From IMG/VR virus record IMGVR_UViG_3300033402_000018: a stretch of 55,764 nt of DNA; one strand, 5' to 3'. The stretch's first letter is position 1. The number at the start of each line of letters is the position of its first letter. The notes below the pieces were generated by a model. That model had not been told where the DNA came from. It saw only the letters and a program-made list of their open reading frames with translations, and did not search any database. Made by a program: the position numbers and the translations under genes. Source of the stretch: a virus. Positions 26,168-35,638 of this stretch are shown here, piece by piece.

Positions 26168-26344
26168 ACGGAAAAGAGTCCCTCTTTAAGTGGGAAAGAT
26201 GTTCTCGGACTTCGCAAGGGGCACCGAGTATCCGGGCACGGATAGGTTCAAATCCAACCGGGCGGCATTGATTTCAGTAGTCAAGCAGGTAGGTTTCGCG
26301 GTATACTTTCGCGGTATACTCGCGAAGAAAAGGAAAACGACTCT

Positions 26345-27436
26345 ATGAGCACCACACCTTCACCACTCGCCAACTTCAATCCGAAGTCGTTCTGGAAAAA
26401 GCCGGAAGGCGTTCCCGGAATGATCCTGATGGGTCTGTTACTCGGACTAGGGGGCTGGGGACTGTACATCGCACTCCCCTTTATTATCACCCTGCTGACC
26501 AACGTCATCTACACCGCCGCGCTCGTCGGCGTCATCGCTGCTCTGGCGTACATCGTCATGAACGGGACCGTTCAAACGCTCGCCAAGAACATTTTCCAGT
26601 CCATCTGCCGGGGCATCGCCACTTGCTATACCACGATTGATCCCATCGGCATCCTGAAGAACCAGCTTGACGACATGAAGAAGGCAAAGCGTGAACTGGA
26701 TGACACCATTCAGCGTTTCGCTGGCTCTGACAACAGCCTTCGCACCAACATCGCCAAGAAGCAGCAGGAGATCGCGCAGTTGAAGGCGCAGTCACAGGCG
26801 GCTGACCGTATGTTGGCGAGCAAGTCCGATCCATTGGAGCGGGAACGCATCAAGCTGCAAGGCGAAACGTATCTGGAGAAAGCTGGATTGCTGATGCAAG
26901 CAGTTGCGCAGCTTCAGGCTCTTGAAGATCAGACCGCCGACATGCTTGGCAAGTTCCGTCACTGGAGTCAGGTATCCGACGCCAAGATTGACCGCACCGC
27001 GATGCGCGTTGAAATCTTCGCCGAACAGCGCAAGATGATTTTGGACGCCAAGAAGACGCTCAGCGTCGGCCTCCGCTTGCTCAAGGGCGATGACGAACAG
27101 TTGAAGCTGGTGGACGGCGCTATCGAATTCCTCACGGAAGACGCAGCCCGCACGCTTGGTGAAATCCAAGAGTTCAACCGCTTCTCTGACAAGATGTTGA
27201 CCGACATCGACATCAGCAACAGCGCCAACGCTGAAATGGCACGCGCCAAGTTCGCCGAAATGGGAACGAAGCTCGAAGCCAGCGCTAACCGTCCGTCCGC
27301 CGTAGATCAGTTGCAGGCGGCGATGAACGGCGCTGGGCCGATCAGCATCCCATCGTCTCCGGTTGTGGGACGCGGGACAGCGGCGAGCGGTGGTCAGTCA
27401 GACAACACGGACTACAGCAGCCTGTTCAACAAATAA
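26345..27436 (+). CDS. membrane protein with two N-terminal TM helices and extended coiled-coil domain
   Basis: 363 aa; hydrophobic segments MILMGLLLGLGGWGLYIALPFIITLL and AALVGVIAALAYIV followed by heptad-rich region. Confidence 0.5.
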   Translation: MSTTPSPLANFNPKSFWKKPEGVPGMILMGLLLGLGGWGLYIALPFIITLLTNVIYTAALVGVIAALAYIVMNGTVQTLAKNIFQSICRGIATCYTTIDPIGILKNQLDDMKKAKRELDDTIQRFAGSDNSLRTNIAKKQQEIAQLKAQSQAADRMLASKSDPLERERIKLQGETYLEKAGLLMQAVAQLQALEDQTADMLGKFRHWSQVSDAKIDRTAMRVEIFAEQRKMILDAKKTLSVGLRLLKGDDEQLKLVDGAIEFLTEDAARTLGEIQEFNRFSDKMLTDIDISNSANAEMARAKFAEMGTKLEASANRPSAVDQLQAAMNGAGPISIPSSPVVGRGTAASGGQSDNTDYSSLFNK

Positions 27437-27506
27437 GTTTGCCGGGGCTGAAAAGATTTGAAGCTTTTCGGCCCCGCTTGACATCGAAGAAACGAGGAGA
27501 TTCACA

Positions 27507-29327
27507 ATGCACATCAAACCGCAAGCAAAGATCGCTCTGGTAGTTGTTCTGGTTCTGGGCGTAGTCTTCGGACTCCGCACCGCCGCAGAGCATGGATTGA
27601 TCCCAACCCCCGGCATCATGAAGGCGTTGGTGCCTCAGAAGGCTGTCCTGCCTGATGTAAAGGATGCTCAAGTTCAGAACGTCGCCCCTGTAGCCCTCCC
27701 GCAAGACTCCCCGGCTAACGTTCAAGCCACGCCGATTCGTGGCGCGATCTGGGAATGGAACGCTCAGATGGGCATGATCTTCGCCAACGGCGGCGCAACC
27801 ACGACCGCTGGTTCGTTGATGGCGAAGCGCAACGTCAACCTGATTCTGTATCGTCAGGACGACACCAGCAAGATGCAAGAAGACCTGATCGCTTGCGCCA
27901 AGGAACTGCATGACGGCAATCCGTCTTGCTCGAACGGTGCAAACTTCGTGGTCATCATGGGAGACGGCGCTGGTCAGTTTGCCGCCGCAGTCAACCCGCA
28001 GCTTGCTAAGCTGGGCCCGCAATATCTCGTGAAGGTCATCGCCGCCACTGGTTACAGCCGTGGTGAAGATGCTTTCATGGCTCCCCCGGACGTGAAGAAG
28101 AGTCCCGCCGCTGCGAAGGGACTTCTGGTTGAAGGCGTGCTCCGCGATGGCGACTGGAATATTGCCATGAAGTGGGCTGCTGACAACAACATCCCCAACA
28201 ACCCGGACGAGAAGACCTACGACGCCAACGCTCTCAACTGGATTAACGCGCCGGACTACAATACCGCCGCGTCTGATTACGTTGCTGGCAAGTGCGAAGA
28301 CCGCAAGGTCGTAAAAGACGGTCACCCGACTGGCGAAACGAAGCACGTCTGCGTCAATGCGGTCGTGACTTGGACTCCCGGCGACGTGACGGCTGCTACT
28401 CAAAAGGGCGGCTTGGTCAAGGTGGTTTCGTCCAAGCAGTACCGTTCGCAGATGCCCGCTGTGGTCCTTGGCCCCGGCAAGTTCTTCGCCGACAATCGTG
28501 ACGAAGTAACCAACATGATCGCTGCCATCTTTGAAGGTGGAGATCAGGTTAAGGCGTTTGACACGTCTCTGCGCAAGGCTGCGGTCATTTCGACCAAGGT
28601 CTACAATGACGAAGGCGATCAGACTTCGCACAACGGCGATTTCTGGTATCGCTACTTCAAGGGCGTCCCGTACAAGGATCAGACCACGGGCGCGACTGTT
28701 GAGCTTGGCGGCTCCGCAGTGAACAACCTTGATGACAACCTCATCCTGTTCGGCTTGAAGCCCGGAACCAACGACAACTTCCGCAGCACCTACACGGTGT
28801 TTGCCAACATCGACGTTCAACAGTATCCGCAGTTGTTCAAAGAGACGCCGATTCCAGACGTGAAGTTGGTCGAAGACAAGTCTTACATCACCGGAGCACA
28901 GGCTGTTCTGTCCGGCGAAGGTGACACTGGTTCTGAAGCCAGCGCTCCGGCTTACGAGCAGGAAGCCAGCGGCGAGACCGTTTCCAGCCGCTCGTACAAC
29001 ATCAACTTCCAAACGGGAAGTGGGCAGCTTACGCCGCAAGGCGAACAGCAGCTTCGCGATCTGAAAGATGGTCTGGCAATCACCGGACTGTTCATTCAGG
29101 TGGACGGATACACCGACAACACTGGCTCTGATAGCGTTAACATCCCGCTGTCTCAGGCTCGTGCGGAGTCCGTGCGCAACTTCCTGCAACGCAACTATCC
29201 CGGCAACTTCCCGAACAAACGGTTCGCGGTCGCCGGACATGGTTCGCAGAACCCAATCGCGTCGAACGCCACGGCGGACGGTAAAGCTCAGAACCGCCGC
29301 GTGACGATCACGTTGAAAGGCAACTAA
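27507..29327 (+). CDS. large exported/membrane-anchored protein with C-terminal OmpA-like peptidoglycan-binding domain; N-terminal portion possibly a solute-binding domain
   Basis: N-terminal signal anchor; C-terminus VDGYTDNTGSDSVNIPLSQARAESVRNFL...AVAGHGSQNPIASN...NRRVTITLK matches the OmpA/MotB C-domain consensus; followed by intrinsic terminator. Confidence 0.65.
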   Translation: MHIKPQAKIALVVVLVLGVVFGLRTAAEHGLIPTPGIMKALVPQKAVLPDVKDAQVQNVAPVALPQDSPANVQATPIRGAIWEWNAQMGMIFANGGATTTAGSLMAKRNVNLILYRQDDTSKMQEDLIACAKELHDGNPSCSNGANFVVIMGDGAGQFAAAVNPQLAKLGPQYLVKVIAATGYSRGEDAFMAPPDVKKSPAAAKGLLVEGVLRDGDWNIAMKWAADNNIPNNPDEKTYDANALNWINAPDYNTAASDYVAGKCEDRKVVKDGHPTGETKHVCVNAVVTWTPGDVTAATQKGGLVKVVSSKQYRSQMPAVVLGPGKFFADNRDEVTNMIAAIFEGGDQVKAFDTSLRKAAVISTKVYNDEGDQTSHNGDFWYRYFKGVPYKDQTTGATVELGGSAVNNLDDNLILFGLKPGTNDNFRSTYTVFANIDVQQYPQLFKETPIPDVKLVEDKSYITGAQAVLSGEGDTGSEASAPAYEQEASGETVSSRSYNINFQTGSGQLTPQGEQQLRDLKDGLAITGLFIQVDGYTDNTGSDSVNIPLSQARAESVRNFLQRNYPGNFPNKRFAVAGHGSQNPIASNATADGKAQNRRVTITLKGN

Positions 29328-29351
29328 GAGTCGTACCCCGTTCATTCGGCT

Positions 29352-29390
29352 GGGCAGGGATGAAATATTCCCTGCCCTTTTTTATTTTTT
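29352..29390 (+). terminator. intrinsic terminator after OmpA-domain gene
   Basis: GGCAGGGA-TGAAATAT-TCCCTGCC hairpin followed by CTTTTTTATTTTTTC. Confidence 0.7.
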
Positions 29391-29405
29391 CTGCATCTAA
29401 GAGAC

Positions 29406-29621
29406 ATGAGACCGAAACCAGCAGACGTTGAATTGAAGATCGCTGAGAGTGTCGGCTGGTACATTGACGTAACTAACGAAGAGAAGTGGCTGGTGCGTGA
29501 CGGCGGCGTGAATCAATGGGTCGGCCCCGGCGCAGCTACGGACGCGGAACTGAAATTGTGGGTTCTGCTGCTGACCAAGATTGTGACGAAAGAAGCCAAG
29601 GAATTTTTGGAGAGCCTGTAA
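29406..29621 (+). CDS. hypothetical protein
   Basis: 71 aa ORF after terminator. Confidence 0.35.
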   Translation: MRPKPADVELKIAESVGWYIDVTNEEKWLVRDGGVNQWVGPGAATDAELKLWVLLLTKIVTKEAKEFLESL

Positions 29622-30406
29622 TGAGTGAGTTCATTTCCGCTTACACACCGAACAAACCCACCAAGGTATCCACGGTCAAGATGCTGATCGCTAGCTATGC
29701 CGCGTTCTTCTTCGTGTTCTGGTTCTTCTCGCCGTTCCCGTTCCTGCCTTCAATCGGTGAAACATGGGCAGCGTGGGTTGAGCAGTGGGGGCAAGGCTTA
29801 GGCGGGGAACTCATTACTAGCTTCGAAGCCAACTTGCAAGCTATCGCTCTTTCTTCTCTCATCTCGCTGGGACTTGCCTATTTGACAGTGCTCGCCGGAT
29901 TCCGTCCAATCGTCACGTTCCTGTCCAAGCTACGCTTCCTTTCAATGGTCGGCTTGAGCTTTTTCTTCACGGTTGCCACGAAGACACAGCACCAACTCAA
30001 GATCAGCTTGTTGGTGTTCAGCATCAGTGTGTTCTTCGTGACCGGGATGGCTGACGTGATCGAGTCAATTCCGAAAGAACAGTATGATCTTGCACGCACG
30101 CTGCGCATGGGGCCGTGGCGCACCGTCTGGGAAGTAGTAGTGCTGGGTCAAATTGACAAGGCGTTTGATGTGCTGCGCCAGAACGCCGCCATCGGATGGA
30201 TGATGCTTACGATGATTGAAAGCATGGTTCGTTCCGAAGGCGGCATTGGCGCTATGCTCACCACCGCGAACAAACACTTTTACCTTAACGCAGTCTTTGC
30301 CATCCAGATCACCATTCTGTTGATGGGGTTGGGGCAGGACTACTTGATCGGCGCATCGAAGAAGCTCTTCTGTCCGTATGCCGCGCTGGGATCGGAGCGC
30401 AAGTGA
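29621..30406 (+). CDS. ABC transporter permease (NitT/TauT-type binding-protein-dependent inner-membrane component)
   Basis: Six hydrophobic segments; EAA-like loop KEQYDLARTLRMGPWRTVWEVVVLG; TAATG overlap start. Confidence 0.75.
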   Translation: MSEFISAYTPNKPTKVSTVKMLIASYAAFFFVFWFFSPFPFLPSIGETWAAWVEQWGQGLGGELITSFEANLQAIALSSLISLGLAYLTVLAGFRPIVTFLSKLRFLSMVGLSFFFTVATKTQHQLKISLLVFSISVFFVTGMADVIESIPKEQYDLARTLRMGPWRTVWEVVVLGQIDKAFDVLRQNAAIGWMMLTMIESMVRSEGGIGAMLTTANKHFYLNAVFAIQITILLMGLGQDYLIGASKKLFCPYAALGSERK

Positions 30407-30798
30407 AGAACCTTGAAGGATACGCGCTGATAGCGCTCGTGCTGTTCACATTGTTCACATTGTTCACCATTGGCTGCGGAAGCACGCCTCCTGTATGGAC
30501 AGCCTATACTGCGGAAGCTGTGTACCTGAACGAACCCGGCTCCGTGTCAATTCTGATGCGTAACGAAGATAACAGTCTTTCGGTGAAAAAGTTTTATGTC
30601 AGTACCGATGCACTGATTATCAAAGACGACATCGTTGATTCCCGCGCACATCCATGGGTGAGTGTTGAGCAAGAGAGTGAGATGGGCGACTTGGTGACTA
30701 CCAAAATCACAGTCCACGTTCACAGCATCAAAGAAATCCAGCCCGGACACTGGAACCACGGAAAGTTCGGACAGGGACAAGATCAGCAGATAGAATAG
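30403..30798 (+). CDS. lipoprotein
   Basis: Signal peptide with lipobox TIGCGS. Confidence 0.5.
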   Translation: MKNLEGYALIALVLFTLFTLFTIGCGSTPPVWTAYTAEAVYLNEPGSVSILMRNEDNSLSVKKFYVSTDALIIKDDIVDSRAHPWVSVEQESEMGDLVTTKITVHVHSIKEIQPGHWNHGKFGQGQDQQIE

Positions 30799-30807
30799 GG
30801 GAAGACA

Positions 30808-31263
30808 ATGGGCTTCATATTTGGGATAGTGGTTGGGATTTGCCTTGCGGCGCTTATAGGGCATTGCTGGCAGGAAGACGGCTGTGACCACACATGGAAA
30901 GTCACCGCTGCGCATCAGATGATGCTCGTACACACCATCCACGGCGTTACCATTGGGGAGCCGGATGATGGGCAACCAGTCACCGAAGTGCTTTCTCGCT
31001 GCACCGTCTGCGGGGAAACGGTCACCGAAGAACTCTCAGGTCACTGGACTTACGAGCAGCTATCCGGTGAGCCGGATGCGTCCGGGGAAAACACAACTTT
31101 TTGGCGAACGGCGAAAAAGCCGGAGCCGGAGCAAACCGATATTTTTTGGCGAACGGCGAAAAAGCCGGAGCCGGAGCAAACCGATGATCGAAGTGGGACA
31201 GGAAGTGACGCGCTGGCTGGCGGGGACAATCCCGATGCAGCTAAAAGTGACAGCGGTAACTGA
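30808..31263 (+). CDS. hypothetical membrane-anchored protein containing a 15-aa tandem repeat
   Basis: N-terminal TM helix; FWRTAKKPEPEQTDI / FWRTAKKPEPEQTDD from a perfect 45-bp tandem duplication; 3-prime end uncertain. Confidence 0.4.
   Translation: MGFIFGIVVGICLAALIGHCWQEDGCDHTWKVTAAHQMMLVHTIHGVTIGEPDDGQPVTEVLSRCTVCGETVTEELSGHWTYEQLSGEPDASGENTTFWRTAKKPEPEQTDIFWRTAKKPEPEQTDDRSGTGSDALAGGDNPDAAKSDSGN
31101..31190 (+). repeat. perfect 45-bp tandem duplication (2 copies)
   Basis: TTGGCGAACGGCGAAAAAGCCGGAGCCGGAGCAAACCGAT repeated with period 45. Confidence 0.8.
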
Positions 31264-31447
31264 AGACCGAATCATCTGCGGCGACTACGAGTTCGACAAA
31301 CGGACTGGCGCTGAGATTGATGACTTCATGGGATTCGGGCCGGACTTCACAGGCAGCTACATCAAGGTTCCCGGCGTGAACTATGTTCAGGCTTCTGATG
31401 AAGAAGCACTGGCACGTCTCGAACAAATCGGCAAGAAAGGCGAATGA
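31184..31447 (+). CDS. hypothetical protein
   Basis: MIEVGQEVTRW... in alternative frame beginning inside the duplicated segment; overlaps the previous call. Confidence 0.35.
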   Translation: MIEVGQEVTRWLAGTIPMQLKVTAVTEDRIICGDYEFDKRTGAEIDDFMGFGPDFTGSYIKVPGVNYVQASDEEALARLEQIGKKGE

Positions 31448-31597
31448 TATGAATGCCGCGATCAAAGAAGTTATCGAGAAGCACGTCTGGGCGTATGGGC
31501 CTAACCGCAAAGGCTGCGTTATGTTCATGACGGATGGCGTCAGGGAAGTAGCCAACGAACTTGAAATCAGCTATCGGGCGGCGGAAGAGCTTGTCCG

Positions 31598-32497
31598 ATG
31601 CTGGATTGGGGAGACATTCTAATGGCGGCACTTTATCCATACACCTACGGGCCTACGCTTCTTAAAATCGACAACGTTTGCCTATCGGCGTCGTCTGACG
31701 GTCTGCGGTTGCTCGAACACGAAGAACCGGGGAGCCGCCCCATTCTGAAGAACGTGAGCGCCGAAATCAAGAAGATCGACCGTGTTGGATACGTTAACGG
31801 TCAGATCGTAGGATTCATCGGCCCGTCTGGTATCGGCAAAACACAGCTTTTCCGCATCATTGCCGGACTCAACAAGCCAACATCAGGTTCCGTCACGATC
31901 AATGGCGGCAAAGTGGTGCAGGCAGGTGAAGTAGGCGTCGTGGCGCAGAATTACCCGCTCTTTGCGCATCGCACGGTCATGAGTAACCTCATGCTCGCCG
32001 CCAAACAGAAAGAGAAAGACCCCAAAGTAGCGCATGACAAAATCATGACGTTCTTGAACGAATTCAAGCTGGCGGACAAGGCCCCATTGTATCCGGCGCA
32101 GTTATCAGGTGGGCAGAAGCAGCGCATCGCCATCATTCAGCAAATCCTGTGCTCAGAGCATTTCCTGCTCATGGATGAGCCTTTCTCCGGCTTGGACATC
32201 ATCGTAGAAGGCAAATGCACTGAGTTGATCTTGAAGGTTGCCAACATGGACGGCTTGAACACCGTGATCGTAGTCACGCATGACATTTCAGCCGCCGCAG
32301 CCATCGCCGATCACATCTGGGCATTGGGGCGTGAGCATGATGCTGAAGGCAACCCGCTCCCCGGCGCGAGTATTGTGAAGACCTACGACCTGATAAACGA
32401 AGGTCTGTGCTGGACACAGTTGGGTGAACACGCGATGGTTCAACCAAACATGGTTGAGTTCATCCGCCAAGTCAAGGAAGATTTCTACAAGTTCTAA
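31598..32497 (+). CDS. ABC transporter ATP-binding protein
   Basis: Walker A GPSGIGKT, signature LSGGQKQRIAI, Walker B LLMDEPFSGLD, H-loop VTHD. Confidence 0.8.
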   Translation: MLDWGDILMAALYPYTYGPTLLKIDNVCLSASSDGLRLLEHEEPGSRPILKNVSAEIKKIDRVGYVNGQIVGFIGPSGIGKTQLFRIIAGLNKPTSGSVTINGGKVVQAGEVGVVAQNYPLFAHRTVMSNLMLAAKQKEKDPKVAHDKIMTFLNEFKLADKAPLYPAQLSGGQKQRIAIIQQILCSEHFLLMDEPFSGLDIIVEGKCTELILKVANMDGLNTVIVVTHDISAAAAIADHIWALGREHDAEGNPLPGASIVKTYDLINEGLCWTQLGEHAMVQPNMVEFIRQVKEDFYKF

Positions 32498-32528
32498 CAT
32501 TTGTGGTAAAATCCAGAGAGGAGTTTTT

Positions 32529-32741
32529 ATGGCGAAGAAAGAAGCGAAAGTTTTGAAGCTGGTCTGCAAGTGCGGCGAATGCACCCATTGGGAAATTCTG
32601 CTGACTCGTAGCAGCGCGGGCAACTACACGGAGAACGAGCACATCAAGTGCATGACCTGCGGCACCTTGATTGAAGTGAGTTTCAGCGTCGGGCCTCACG
32701 AAGGTCTGCACTTCGAGAGACAGGGCAAGAACGAGAAGTAA
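32529..32741 (+). CDS. hypothetical zinc-ribbon protein
   Basis: CKCGEC...CMTCG; possible extended -10 (TGGTAAAAT) upstream. Confidence 0.4.
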   Translation: MAKKEAKVLKLVCKCGECTHWEILLTRSSAGNYTENEHIKCMTCGTLIEVSFSVGPHEGLHFERQGKNEK

Positions 32742-32891
32742 ACCATGCTGGATCGCGCCTTAGACTGGACGGGGGATCACCCGGTGATAACCGTGGTGAT
32801 CTGCCTTCTCCTGTTGACAGGCGGGTGCGGTATTAGCATTCATGTCGGCATCCTTTCGTCTCAGACGAAGTTGATGCCCTATTGAGGAACT

Positions 32892-33152
32892 ATGGCATAC
32901 GTCATTGCAGAGCCGTGTATCGGCGTCAAAGACACAGCATGTGTCGATGCGTGTCCAGTGGATTGCATTCACCCCAAAAAAGGCACACCTGAGTTCGAGA
33001 AAGAGCCGCAGCTTTACATTGATCCCGTAGAGTGCATCGACTGCGGCGCTTGCGTCCCGGTTTGCCCAACGGCCGCAATTTTCCCGGTGGACGATTTGCC
33101 CGAACAGTGGAAGAAATTCACCGAGATCAACGCCAAGTATTTTGGAAGGTAA
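32892..33152 (+). CDS. 2x[4Fe-4S] ferredoxin
   Basis: CIGVKDTACVDACP and CIDCGACVPVCP cluster motifs; 86 aa. Confidence 0.8.
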   Translation: MAYVIAEPCIGVKDTACVDACPVDCIHPKKGTPEFEKEPQLYIDPVECIDCGACVPVCPTAAIFPVDDLPEQWKKFTEINAKYFGR

Positions 33153-33459
33153 CGTGGCTGAAGCAACGTGCTGGCTATGCGAACACGGCAATAAACGGTT
33201 CCTTGATGGCGGGGTGTACTGGCATTCACACAAGGAAAGCAACGGCTACGATTACGATAATTATACGTCGCCGTGCGGCGACCAGACGGCGAAGACCTTG
33301 GAAGCGTATCGCAAGCGGGAGCTTGAAATCCTTCAGGCGAACATTGACCGAGCGCAGGAGAAGCTGGACGCTTTGAAGTCAACCCGTGACGGCATTAAGA
33401 AAGCGAAGACCGCCAGTTCGATCTTGCGCCACATGAATCTTGCGGGGTTGAATGGCTGA
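33142..33459 (+). CDS. hypothetical protein
   Basis: 105 aa; alternative GTG start 33154. Confidence 0.4.
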   Translation: MEGNVAEATCWLCEHGNKRFLDGGVYWHSHKESNGYDYDNYTSPCGDQTAKTLEAYRKRELEILQANIDRAQEKLDALKSTRDGIKKAKTASSILRHMNLAGLNG

Positions 33460-33637
33460 CACGATTGTCGGTTTTGTGGATGGACTCTATAAAGCCACAT
33501 GCGCTGACTGTGGTGAAAAGCTGTATTGGGAAGCGGACTTCGACGCGGACGGCACTAACTACCACGCTACCTGTTGCGATCATCGCTACACGATGTATCC
33601 GCATACCGTGCGCATCCACCGCGAGGAAGACGAATGA
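33452..33637 (+). CDS. hypothetical Cys-containing protein
   Basis: 61 aa, CADCG...CC. Confidence 0.35.
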   Translation: MADTIVGFVDGLYKATCADCGEKLYWEADFDADGTNYHATCCDHRYTMYPHTVRIHREEDE

Positions 33638-33743
33638 AAACGCTCTTAACAAGACTTTGGAAATGGATGAACACTCCGACCAATAGCTTCGGGCCGGGGG
33701 CACAGGTGCATCAGCACTGCCGCTGCTGTCCGAACTACCGTCA

Positions 33744-34118
33744 GTGGGTTGGTGGGCCGCGATGATCGAGATGGAAGTTCCGCAAGAGTACATCTGCAAG
33801 CATTGCAAGTTTCCCTTGGATTCTCCAAACCATGTTATCGGCTGCCAGATTCAGCCTGTGGCACCGAACGTTCCTCTGGACGAGCATCACCACGAACCGG
33901 GACAATACTGCCGGGGCTGTCATGAATTGATGGGGACATGGAATCCCCACGAAGACCCCAACTTCGAGACTCAGGTCACCCTAACGCTCTACGAAGCGGC
34001 TGAGGAAGCGCTGTGGGACTTGCAGCAATGGGTGAAAGACCATCCGGCGAACTGCGATTGCTTCACTTGCGGGGAAACCATCCCGGATTTACGCACCGCG
34101 ATCAAAAATCAGCCCTAA
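33744..34118 (+). CDS. hypothetical Cys/His-rich protein
   Basis: 124 aa; CKHCKF, CRGCH, CDCFTC. Confidence 0.45.
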   Translation: MGWWAAMIEMEVPQEYICKHCKFPLDSPNHVIGCQIQPVAPNVPLDEHHHEPGQYCRGCHELMGTWNPHEDPNFETQVTLTLYEAAEEALWDLQQWVKDHPANCDCFTCGETIPDLRTAIKNQP

Positions 34119-34194
34119 ATCGTTGAAAATAAACCCCCACTAACTGGACGTTTTCTATCGCGCTGTTGTATACTAGGTGTGGAGGGAACACCCA

Positions 34195-34545
34195 ATGGTA
34201 ACCAGCCGGAGCGCGGAGATCGCACAGACGATTCTGGAGCAGCTTGGCAATGGCAAGTTCAAGGTCATGACTGGTGCGAAGCACTTCATGGCGCTGCCGA
34301 TTGGTCAAGGCACCTTCGGCGGTCTGTCCTTCCGTCTCCCCGGCGCTGGCGGCTTCTGCAAGAACTCCATCAACTATGTGAGCATCGAACTGACGCCGAT
34401 GGACGAGTACGTTATGACGTTCTCGCGTATCCGTGGCGGTGACGTGAAGGTCATTTCCATGCACCGCGACATCCAGTGCGATCAGTTGCGCGAAATCTTT
34501 GAGCAGGAAACTGGTCTGCGCACTTCTCTTGGAGTGGCACGCTAA
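34195..34545 (+). CDS. hypothetical protein
   Basis: GGAGGG RBS then ATG; promoter-like TGGACG-N18-TATACT upstream. Confidence 0.45.
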   Translation: MVTSRSAEIAQTILEQLGNGKFKVMTGAKHFMALPIGQGTFGGLSFRLPGAGGFCKNSINYVSIELTPMDEYVMTFSRIRGGDVKVISMHRDIQCDQLREIFEQETGLRTSLGVAR

Positions 34546-35228
34546 TGGAACTCGAACACGCGGAACAACTCGCTTGGCAGTTAATGCGTGAGTTTGGCTT
34601 GACGGTCAACGGCTGGATGTTCTATTGGGACGATGCTGTCCGGCGTTTCGGCTCTTGCAGCCAGTCTCGCCGCCGCATCACCTTGAGCCGGACGCTCACG
34701 CTGATGAATACTCAGGCGGAAGTGGAAGATACCATCCGTCATGAAATTGCTCACGCGCTGGCACCGCCGAAAGCGGGACATGGACGGCTCTGGAAATTGC
34801 AGTGCATCATCACTGGCGCGAACCCGAAACGCTGTTATGACAGCGCTGACGTTAGCCAGCCGCAAGGCGATTGGTCTGCTACCTGTCCCTGCTGCAAGCG
34901 CACGTACTACAAATTTCGCCAGCCGCGCAAGACAAAGCCTGTCTCTTGCGCTCGTTGCTGTAGGGAACACAACCATGGACGCTTTACGATGGCGTACCAG
35001 TTGGTGTATCGTCATAAGAACGAACTGCCGTTCAATCCTAACACGGTTGCGGCAAGCCTTGGCATCGCGTCCATCACCGTGAACAACGCCCCAGCGAACT
35101 TTACGGTGACGGCAGATGCGCGGAGCGCAGCGAAGGCGGCGTTGAAAGCAGAAATGAAACGCGCCGACGAGATGGAAGAGATGAAGCGGAAGATCGCGGC
35201 ACTTGAAGCGAAGTTAGGGAGCAAGTAA
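34545..35228 (+). CDS. SprT-like zinc metalloprotease
   Basis: RRRITLSRTL...HEIAHAL (HExxH) and C-terminal zinc ribbon CPCCKRTYY...CARCC. Confidence 0.7.
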   Translation: MELEHAEQLAWQLMREFGLTVNGWMFYWDDAVRRFGSCSQSRRRITLSRTLTLMNTQAEVEDTIRHEIAHALAPPKAGHGRLWKLQCIITGANPKRCYDSADVSQPQGDWSATCPCCKRTYYKFRQPRKTKPVSCARCCREHNHGRFTMAYQLVYRHKNELPFNPNTVAASLGIASITVNNAPANFTVTADARSAAKAALKAEMKRADEMEEMKRKIAALEAKLGSK

Positions 35229-35446
35229 TGCACATCGTTGCGCGGATCGCTTTCTGGATGGCTGTGTCTCTGGCGTCCATGGCTTTATTGCTGGCTGGTT
35301 TTTTCTGGCTTGTTCCCCGGTTCTGGTATCCTGATTTCGAGCTTCGAGAGTCCTATGATGTCAGTGTGAACCGCTCCGTTCCGTGCGTTTGCGCGTTGCT
35401 GGCGCTGTTCTGGGCCCTCTTCGCCTACGCTCTGCACACTTTCTGA
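35228..35446 (+). CDS. small membrane protein
   Basis: 72 aa with two hydrophobic helices. Confidence 0.4.
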   Translation: MHIVARIAFWMAVSLASMALLLAGFFWLVPRFWYPDFELRESYDVSVNRSVPCVCALLALFWALFAYALHTF

Positions 35447-35455
35447 AAAATAATC

Positions 35456-35485
35456 TGGACAAATTTTCGAAATTCGCAGTATACT
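35456..35485 (+). promoter_or_regulatory. sigma70-like promoter TGGACA-N18-TATACT upstream of tRNA cluster
   Basis: -35 TGGACA and -10 TATACT spaced 18 nt; GTATACT motif recurs upstream of other genes. Confidence 0.4.
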
Positions 35486-35593
35486 AATAGAGAACAGCAT
35501 GAACCGCATATCCTCATTATCGTCATCTAGTAGCTCCACCGGGGCGGGGGTCGGCGTGTATGCGTAAATAAGCGCAAGGAAACACGAAACGAC

Positions 35594-35621
35594 AGCCGCC
35601 AAGATTGGCGGCTTTTTTATT
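35594..35621 (+). terminator. intrinsic terminator
   Basis: GCCGCC-AAGATT-GGCGGC hairpin followed by TTTTTTATTT. Confidence 0.6.
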
Positions 35622-35638
35622 TGCAATCAGCGATATAC

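Noticed and set aside
27426-29345. 639-aa minus-strand ORF
   Set aside because: Antisense to the OmpA-domain gene, whose C-terminal domain matches a well-known consensus; the translation is Arg/Val-rich shadow sequence.
31101-31190. Possible CRISPR-like repeat
   Set aside because: Only two directly adjacent copies with no spacers; it is an in-frame coding duplication, not an array.
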